This document shows, one piece after another, positions 58,050-64,000 of a DNA stretch of 64,000 bases. The DNA is from a virus, in the IMG/VR virus record IMGVR_UViG_3300045988_183378; one strand, 5' to 3'. Numbering within the stretch: the first letter of the stretch is position 1; every line of letters starts with the position of its first letter. The notes under the pieces are model-generated. The model did not search any database. It saw nothing but the letters and a program-made list of their open reading frames with translations, and was not told where the DNA came from. Made by a program: the position numbers and the translations under genes.

Positions 58050-58832
58050 TGATTACACTTCCTTTAAGTGTAATATGTCATACACCTTCTTCAAAGCCCT
58101 TCTATTATTTTCTTTTTCATTGACACGCTTTTTATTATTAAAATATAAATATTAGAGCCTTATATAATACATTTGAGTATTCCTTAATAGCGTTTTAAGA
58201 CTTAATATAATAACCGCCAGAACATTATTAAGGATTAAAAGCGTATAACTATTATTGTTATATCCTTATACAATATCATTTATCAGCTTAATACATTTTG
58301 TGTTTATTTCCCTGGCAATTCCTTATCTGTCTCTAGCAAGCACTCCATTTATCCCAATTAATGCCTTTAATACACTAATAAATAATATAATTCCCTCATA
58401 TATAATATATGATAATTACAAAATTATGATTACTAGATTCCTGTAAATCTATTCTTCGCCCTGTAAATGCCTTAATAAGCCCAATAATCCCATTTCTGTC
58501 TCAATAGATGCATTCATATACACTAATTCTTTCTTATTTGTTCTTAGATCTATTTCCTTTACTCTATCATTCCTATATGTGTTTCCAGTAATTCCATTAA
58601 TTAACTTTAGTAAATAATAATTATATCCCATTAATCAGTTATATTTATTTTTCTCACTGATCATACAGTCTATTGTACCCAATTAATCCATATATAATTG
58701 CTAATATTACCAATTATATGTTATCAAATTAACATTTTTTATCTCTTAAATCAGCATATGATAACTACATCATGGTATTATTCTGACACATATAAGGCAT
58801 TTTATTGGCTATGCAACGGATAATACATTACT

Positions 58833-59094
58833 ACATATTGTTATCATTATTACATTTATGTATCAAATATTTAGCTATATATTGTTAATTTTATTGCACA
58901 AGTTCTTCTATTCTATAACATAATGATGTTAATTTTAATGTATATTAAACCATATTTTATATCTATATATTGTTATTATTTTTGTATCTTAGCTATATTT
59001 TGATAAGTCTCAAATAACTATATATTGTTAATAAAGTTAACATATTAAACTAATATACAACAATAAACGTACAATATATTGTTATTATTTTTTA
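58833..59094 (+). repeat. array of 5 iteron-like direct repeats (C)TATATATTGTTA(A/T)T in 1.28-kb noncoding region
   Basis: copies at about 58833-58849, 58875-58890, 58963-58980, 59018-59034, 59073-59094. Confidence 0.5.
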
Positions 59095-59233
59095 CAAGCA
59101 AAGGCATGGCATACCCAATAAAGTGCTTAGAAGAACACAAAAACGGGATATTTTAATAAATAAAAGGCATTTACATTTAGTTGCTGTCTTATTTTAACAC
59201 ACATCAATTATTTTATGTAAAATAATAATTCAT

Positions 59234-59249
59234 TTTTTCTGTCATATTA
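59234..59249 (+). promoter_or_regulatory. conserved promoter motif (CTGTCATATTAAAAATATA)
   Basis: core 59239-59245; ATG 59283. Confidence 0.55.
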
Positions 59250-59282
59250 AAAATATAACTAAATAAAAGGAGAACTAATTAT

Positions 59283-60218
59283 ATGCAAAAAATGAATTAC
59301 GAAGATTTTCTTAAATATCTTAAATTCGAATTACTTCAAAATATTGAAGATATTACATCAACAGATATAGCTTACACATCAGATAAGCTTATTTTTCATT
59401 CTAAAAATCAGTTTATGCGTCTTTTAGAATTTAAATTAAATCAATTATATAAACAATATTTAAATAATTCGTCAATAGAAGAAATTGCATTGTCAATATC
59501 TAAAGCATTTTATAGAAACGAAAATTCTAATGGTAGTGAATATAAACTTAATAATTTAGCTCCAGAAATTAATTCAAATGATATAAAACACTATATTATG
59601 CCTCAATTAATACAAAAGCCGGACAATATGGAAGATTTAAGCAGTATTACTCATAGGCCATTTTATGAGTTTGAAATAATTTATAATGTGATCATACCTG
59701 AAGAAAATTCAGAAGGTACAATATTTGTAATTGATAATAACTATATGAGAGACATACTGAAAATTGATGAAAACGAATTATATAATCTTGCAATTCATTC
59801 AATATATTCCAACAAATATTTTATCAGTGTATTAGGTGATTATTTTTTGACGCAACTGGCAGATAATGATAATTATGAAAAAACAAAGAAAGAATTATTT
59901 TTTCTAAGTAATTCTGGTGGTTTTGAGAGCAAATGTATTAAAGGAATATATGCAATTCAAAATGTAATTGACTTTTATAATACAAGTGCAATTCTGAATA
60001 ATAATTTGCTTAAGAATATTTCAGAGAAATTGAAAACAAATTTATACATTGTTCCTGTTACAGCACATATTTTGTTGATATGTAAATACAATGAATTTAC
60101 TCCTGAAGAAATTCAAATGGCATTAAAGATATTTGGTATTCAGGAAGAAGAAGATTATCTGAGTTCAGATATATTTATATTTAACAAAGAATCAGGTGAA
60201 TTCAATAAAATAGAATAA
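59283..60218 (+). CDS. hypothetical protein (311 aa)
   Basis: ORF track; RBS aaaggagaactaattatATG. Confidence 0.45.
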   Translation: MQKMNYEDFLKYLKFELLQNIEDITSTDIAYTSDKLIFHSKNQFMRLLEFKLNQLYKQYLNNSSIEEIALSISKAFYRNENSNGSEYKLNNLAPEINSNDIKHYIMPQLIQKPDNMEDLSSITHRPFYEFEIIYNVIIPEENSEGTIFVIDNNYMRDILKIDENELYNLAIHSIYSNKYFISVLGDYFLTQLADNDNYEKTKKELFFLSNSGGFESKCIKGIYAIQNVIDFYNTSAILNNNLLKNISEKLKTNLYIVPVTAHILLICKYNEFTPEEIQMALKIFGIQEEEDYLSSDIFIFNKESGEFNKIE

Positions 60219-60257
60219 ACAATAAAATATATATTAAAACAGAAAGGAAAGAGAAAG

Positions 60258-60773
60258 ATGATTATAACTATATTAGTAAATGTAGTCTTTGTTGTTTCAT
60301 TGATTATGCTTAGTTTTTATTTTGTGACTGCAAACATATACGATATGACTCTTATGGATAAGGCGTTTATGTCCTTACTTATGGGAGCATTGCCAGCGCT
60401 TGTTAATATAAGCTTTAAAAATTTTATAGCTACTGTGATAGCCTTATTAATCAGTGTAATGGCTCTTATATGGATAGCTTTTACAAAATTTTTTGAAAAA
60501 GAACATGAAAAAGAACTTCTTTATGATTGTTTGCTTGATGATATATCACAGGATGATTTAAAGAAATTCAGACATATGAGCCGTAATGAACAGATTGCTT
60601 TTCTAAAGGCTGTTATTACAACTGTAGAATCAACGGAAAAGGAAGAGTCCACTGATGAGAACGGTAATAAGGTTATTACAACCAAGACAGTAATACAGAA
60701 AGTACCTTTAATTGAAAATGATGAAGAATTAGCAGAGTATGAACCAATCCTTAGAAAGGAGATAAAACTATGA
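60258..60773 (+). CDS. membrane protein (3 TM), paralogous C-terminal motif with 61522 gene
   Basis: DISQDDLKKFRHMSRNEQIAFLKAV vs 61522 product DEIITFKKQLSREEQITFLKSL. Confidence 0.4.
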   Translation: MIITILVNVVFVVSLIMLSFYFVTANIYDMTLMDKAFMSLLMGALPALVNISFKNFIATVIALLISVMALIWIAFTKFFEKEHEKELLYDCLLDDISQDDLKKFRHMSRNEQIAFLKAVITTVESTEKEESTDENGNKVITTKTVIQKVPLIENDEELAEYEPILRKEIKL

Positions 60774-60989
60774 AACAGAAAAATTACAGAATAAAGAAAA
60801 TTAAAAGTATATTACCAGCATTAGGAATAAATTATTATAGCTCTTATTATATTTTTTTATGTTTATATAATATGTAGCTCTGACATACCAGTATGGGCTA
60901 AATGGCTGATATTAACAAGGTAAAAGGCAGCTTTTTAAGAAAAGACAATAAAGACTATTTTATATGATAACTGAGTATGGAGAACTTAT

Positions 60990-61163
60990 ATGAAACTTAC
61001 AGGAAATGATGCTGTTGGGTTTCTTGAGTCAATGCGGCATCCGGATGAAAAACAGCAGACAAAATTAAAAGAAATATCTACGAATATAACCTTAAGGAAT
61101 ATTCCTAATGGGTATGAAGCTGATATAAAGAATTTGGATATGTCTTTTTTAGGAGAAAAATAA
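60990..61163 (+). CDS. small hypothetical protein (57 aa)
   Basis: MKLTGNDAVGFLESMRHPDEK...; stop overlaps next start (TAATG). Confidence 0.3.
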   Translation: MKLTGNDAVGFLESMRHPDEKQQTKLKEISTNITLRNIPNGYEADIKNLDMSFLGEK

Positions 61164-61438
61164 TGACATTTAAAGAAGCAAGGAAAGAGGCAAGAGAAAT
61201 AGCACAGCGAACCGGATATTGGGGATATATTTTTAAAGATAAATCCGGGGAATGGTTTACATCAGACTGTAATAATTTTACTTCTGATAATTCATTCTAT
61301 GTAAATAAGGCCGGTAAGATCCTTAACATGCAAAAATATGAGAAGATAAAAAAGAAGCTTGATAAGCAGGGGATAAGAGGACTGTGTTTATTTTCGCCCG
61401 AATTAATGAAATATATTGAACAGCATGGCGGTTATTAA
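61163..61438 (+). CDS. hypothetical protein (91 aa)
   Basis: RBS aggagaaaaataATG. Confidence 0.35.
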   Translation: MTFKEARKEAREIAQRTGYWGYIFKDKSGEWFTSDCNNFTSDNSFYVNKAGKILNMQKYEKIKKKLDKQGIRGLCLFSPELMKYIEQHGGY

Positions 61439-61521
61439 AAATATGATAAAAAAATTATAATATATAATGATTTTTCTTTAATTTAAGTTAATACATTTAC
61501 ACTACTTAAATATAAAATAGT

Positions 61522-61830
61522 GTGGATTTTACACTATTTATGAAGATTATTATACTTTCGTTTATTGTAACTTTTATGGTAATAATGCTGTTTAAATCAA
61601 CTATTGATTTAATTGACAGAGTAAAAGAGAAGTCATTTCTATATAGTCTTATTGAGCAATGTACTGATTGCAGCCATGATGAGATTATTACCTTTAAGAA
61701 GCAGTTATCAAGGGAAGAGCAGATAACATTTTTAAAGTCACTTAAGTATAAGGAGTCTTATAAGAATGGATTTCTTATTACAGAAGAGATAGATTTAAAA
61801 ATATATAAACCAATACTAAAAAGGAGATAA
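61522..61830 (+). CDS. small membrane protein, paralog of 60258 C-terminal region
   Basis: shared FLK motif. Confidence 0.35.
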   Translation: MDFTLFMKIIILSFIVTFMVIMLFKSTIDLIDRVKEKSFLYSLIEQCTDCSHDEIITFKKQLSREEQITFLKSLKYKESYKNGFLITEEIDLKIYKPILKRR

Positions 61831-61833
61831 GTT

Positions 61834-62508
61834 ATGAAATTTAAGAAAAAGAAATCATTTTGGAAAGTTTTTTTAGATGAGTGTGCAGGAGTAATATTAG
61901 CCGGGGCAATTATGATATACATTGCCTTATCTGCCATTATAGGAAATCTGATATTGCCATACATAAATAATGGTAAGTTGATAAATCCATATGTAGAAGA
62001 TATAAGCAATAAATTTACATTATTTGTAATTAGAACATTCATAAGCTGTATATGTTTATTTGGCGTAATTTTCATGCTGTTAATTGCTTTTGCTATTATA
62101 GGCGTAATTGTAATAGCAATAATAACCGGAATAACACATATAACAGCCGTAAAACGATATACATATTTGCCTCTTACAGCAGATGAAGTAAGAGAAGCTA
62201 TAAATGCAGGATTATTTAAAGATACTCCTGAAAGCTATATAGATTATCTTACAAAACAGATGAAGTATTTTGATGGCAGTATAACCTTTTCAATAAATGA
62301 TATGAAAATGATAATAAAAACAGTAAAGGAAATATGGGATAAGCCATTTAAGCTTAATAAAGATTATCTTATCAGGAATGAAATAGAAAGTTATGATTAT
62401 TTCCCATTTAGATTTAGGGATGACAGAGATGATTTATTTCAGTTAAAGAAAGGCAAAACAGTAACTTTTGATATGGATAAAGGTTCTTTGATTCAGGATA
62501 TCAAATAA
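61834..62508 (+). CDS. membrane protein (3-4 TM)
   Basis: ORF track; RBS aaaaaggagataagttATG. Confidence 0.4.
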   Translation: MKFKKKKSFWKVFLDECAGVILAGAIMIYIALSAIIGNLILPYINNGKLINPYVEDISNKFTLFVIRTFISCICLFGVIFMLLIAFAIIGVIVIAIITGITHITAVKRYTYLPLTADEVREAINAGLFKDTPESYIDYLTKQMKYFDGSITFSINDMKMIIKTVKEIWDKPFKLNKDYLIRNEIESYDYFPFRFRDDRDDLFQLKKGKTVTFDMDKGSLIQDIK

Positions 62509-62523
62509 AAAGGAGCATATAAG

Positions 62524-62937
62524 ATGAATAGAGATAAAATTTTTAATTTAGTTATATGTTTAACATTTAGTATTACACTTATTTCGATTATAACAGCATT
62601 GCAGCTTGGGCTTAGATATGAAATTAAGAAATTTTCAAAAGAAACCACAGAAGAAGCCCAGCTTTACAGTATCAGCACGGATAAAGAATATGAAGGTTCA
62701 TTTGTATTAGGTTCGGGAAGTATTGGTTCACAAGAATATATAACTGCTTACCAGATTACAGAAGACGGTGGTAAGAAGTATTTCAAGATGAACAGAGATA
62801 AAGTAACAATCTATGATACATTAAACAATGATGAACAGGCTTATGCAGAGATAAAGAAGACTTCATTAGGAATTAAAGAAATTAAGCTGTACGTTCCTAA
62901 AAATACAATAGAAAAGGAAATTAATCTTAATTTATAG
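62524..62937 (+). CDS. hypothetical protein with N-terminal TM/signal anchor
   Basis: ORF track. Confidence 0.4.
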   Translation: MNRDKIFNLVICLTFSITLISIITALQLGLRYEIKKFSKETTEEAQLYSISTDKEYEGSFVLGSGSIGSQEYITAYQITEDGGKKYFKMNRDKVTIYDTLNNDEQAYAEIKKTSLGIKEIKLYVPKNTIEKEINLNL

Positions 62938-63142
62938 TAGGGATAAATTTGGAATTGACAGATATGATTTATTCTGCCAGTTAGAGAGAAACAAAACAGT
63001 TGTTTTTGATATTGATGGTTGTTCTTTAATTCAAAATGTCAAATAAAGAAAAAGGAAAAATTTTGATACATTTGATGATACTGATATAAAAAATCAAAAA
63101 GACAAAATTAATAAAGAATCATTAATAGTAGGAGAATAAGGT

Positions 63143-63664
63143 ATGAATTTAAAATTAAAAACACATAACGAATATTTGAATATTAATTTTGATAATGCGA
63201 CTGATGAAAATATTAATAAATCTTTATCAAAAAAACGAATAACTAAAATTGTTTTAGCAGGTATTCTTATATGTTTTATTTTAAGAATTATAAGTTTGAT
63301 TATAAAACTTACATTTATTTCAATAATCGCATTAATAGGTTTTGGTATTTTTATATATTTAAGCTTATTTATATGTATCAGTAAAGACATTGATTCCACT
63401 GTTATAGGTATTAAAAATTCAGAATATTGGGATAAAATAATAGCTTTAAAAAAGGTTATTCAAGAAATGGACATAAATAAAGAAGTATATTTTCAATCAG
63501 ATTTTACAGAGCTTCTTTATTTAAAAAAAAATAGCAGCATATATTCTGAATATAAGTTGCCTTTAAGTGAAATAAAATATTCTGAATCGGATAACTTTGA
63601 ATTAACTTATGACAAAAATACATTAAATATAATTTTGTATGTTCCTATAAAATACATGTATTGA
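63143..63664 (+). CDS. membrane protein (2 TM)
   Basis: RBS aggagaataaggtATG. Confidence 0.4.
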   Translation: MNLKLKTHNEYLNINFDNATDENINKSLSKKRITKIVLAGILICFILRIISLIIKLTFISIIALIGFGIFIYLSLFICISKDIDSTVIGIKNSEYWDKIIALKKVIQEMDINKEVYFQSDFTELLYLKKNSSIYSEYKLPLSEIKYSESDNFELTYDKNTLNIILYVPIKYMY

Positions 63665-63746
63665 AAAAGCAACAAATGATTTTATTCTTAATTCTAAAAG
63701 AAAGGATGATAGTTATGACAGATAAAGAATTTCATGATTTGAATAA

Positions 63747-63797
63747 TTATCGAAAAATAGCAAGAAAACTCCATCCGACAAGAGTCGGTTGTGAGAT
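63747..63797 (+). repeat. 57-bp hairpin repeat element, copy 8 (diverged 3' end), immediately upstream of TnpB-like gene
   Basis: TTATCGAAAAATAGCAAGAAAACTCCATCCGACAAGAGTCGGTTGTGAG then atgaattgctctg. Confidence 0.65.
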
Positions 63798-63849
63798 GAA
63801 TTGCTCTGATATTTTTTAATTTAACTAATAAGGAAAGGAGATAAAGTGG

Positions 63850-64000
63850 TATGTATCGAACACGACAATACCATATTCGAAAAGGTCATAAAATGTACTC
63901 TTACTGCTCTGATATTTGTAAGAAGTCAACAAATCTATATAACAGGGCGAACTACATATTAAGACAATATGCTACTGCTGTAAGAGATTTTGAAAACCTA
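63850..64000 (+). CDS. TnpB-like N-terminus (partial, runs off window)
   Basis: MYRTRQYHIRKGHKMYSYCSDICKKSTNLYNRANYILRQ loosely fits TnpB N-terminal pattern (..R.Y.....Q......G..R..YN.....R); RBS aaggaaaggagataaaGTGgtATG. Confidence 0.3.

Noticed and set aside
58255-58631. ORFs 58255..58446 (+) and 58449..58631 (-) in the iteron-bearing region
   Set aside because: Low-complexity composition, no RBS, embedded in repeat-rich noncoding DNA.
58600-59100. CRISPR array
   Set aside because: The repeats are 14-17 nt with irregular spacing and AT-rich low complexity. There are no 25-40 nt repeats with unique spacers and no cas genes.

Overview
This 64 kb window is strongly AT-rich and organised like a phage. 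All confidently called genes are on the + strand except two (29-1234 and 3502-3900). Almost every transcription unit ends in a rho-independent hairpin plus U-tract. This is followed directly by a conserved motif, TTTTTCTGTCATAT(A/T)T, sitting 40-50 bp upstream of an RBS and ATG; I found about 39 instances. The window also encodes its own full-length sigma-70-family factor (56976-58004). My overall inference is a large phage, jumbo phage or phage-plasmid of a low-GC host, with an autonomous transcription programme. No rRNA, tRNA or CRISPR array was seen.

Replication and recombination genes:
- A DnaE-type Pol III alpha polymerase split three ways. N-terminal exon 1 (44645-46438) and exon 2 (47379-48134) are separated by a 940-nt group I intron carrying an HNH homing endonuclease. 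The C-terminal third (53854-55539) is a separate gene 5.7 kb downstream, with about 10 promoter-equipped genes in between, including a 5'-3' flap exonuclease.
- RecA, a RecJ-like DHH exonuclease and a RuvC-like resolvase.
- A UvrD-like helicase broken by a frameshift in an (AT)6 tract.
- A Cas4/Dna2-like Fe-S nuclease fused to a UvrD helicase.
- A prim-pol-like protein, a CHC2 Zn-finger protein and a guanylate-kinase-like dNMP kinase.

Accessory cargo:
- A MobV/Pre relaxase with the same promoter motif and a palindromic candidate oriT.
- A WGR-domain PARP1-like ADP-ribosyltransferase with an H-Y-E triad.
- A membrane HD-GYP phosphodiesterase and a membrane GGDEF cyclase (c-di-GMP turnover).
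- A class A PBP, an SPFH/flotillin, two CPBP/Abi intramembrane proteases (one in the sigma-factor operon), an orphan beta-class DNA methyltransferase, a Lar-like Zn-ribbon protein and many small acidic proteins.
- A GC-richer IS200/IS605-type TnpB-only element with an omega-RNA-like 3' region (38222-39589).

The most striking unexplained signal is a 57-bp hairpin-containing element present in 8 co-oriented copies. Most copies lie in 5' leaders directly upstream of start codons. One copy forms a standalone promoter-element-terminator unit, and the last copy lies immediately upstream of a second TnpB-like gene at the window edge. Other points of note are short promoter-to-terminator noncoding units that look like small RNAs, and two long noncoding regions with iteron-like direct repeats (25468-25952 and 58005-59282).
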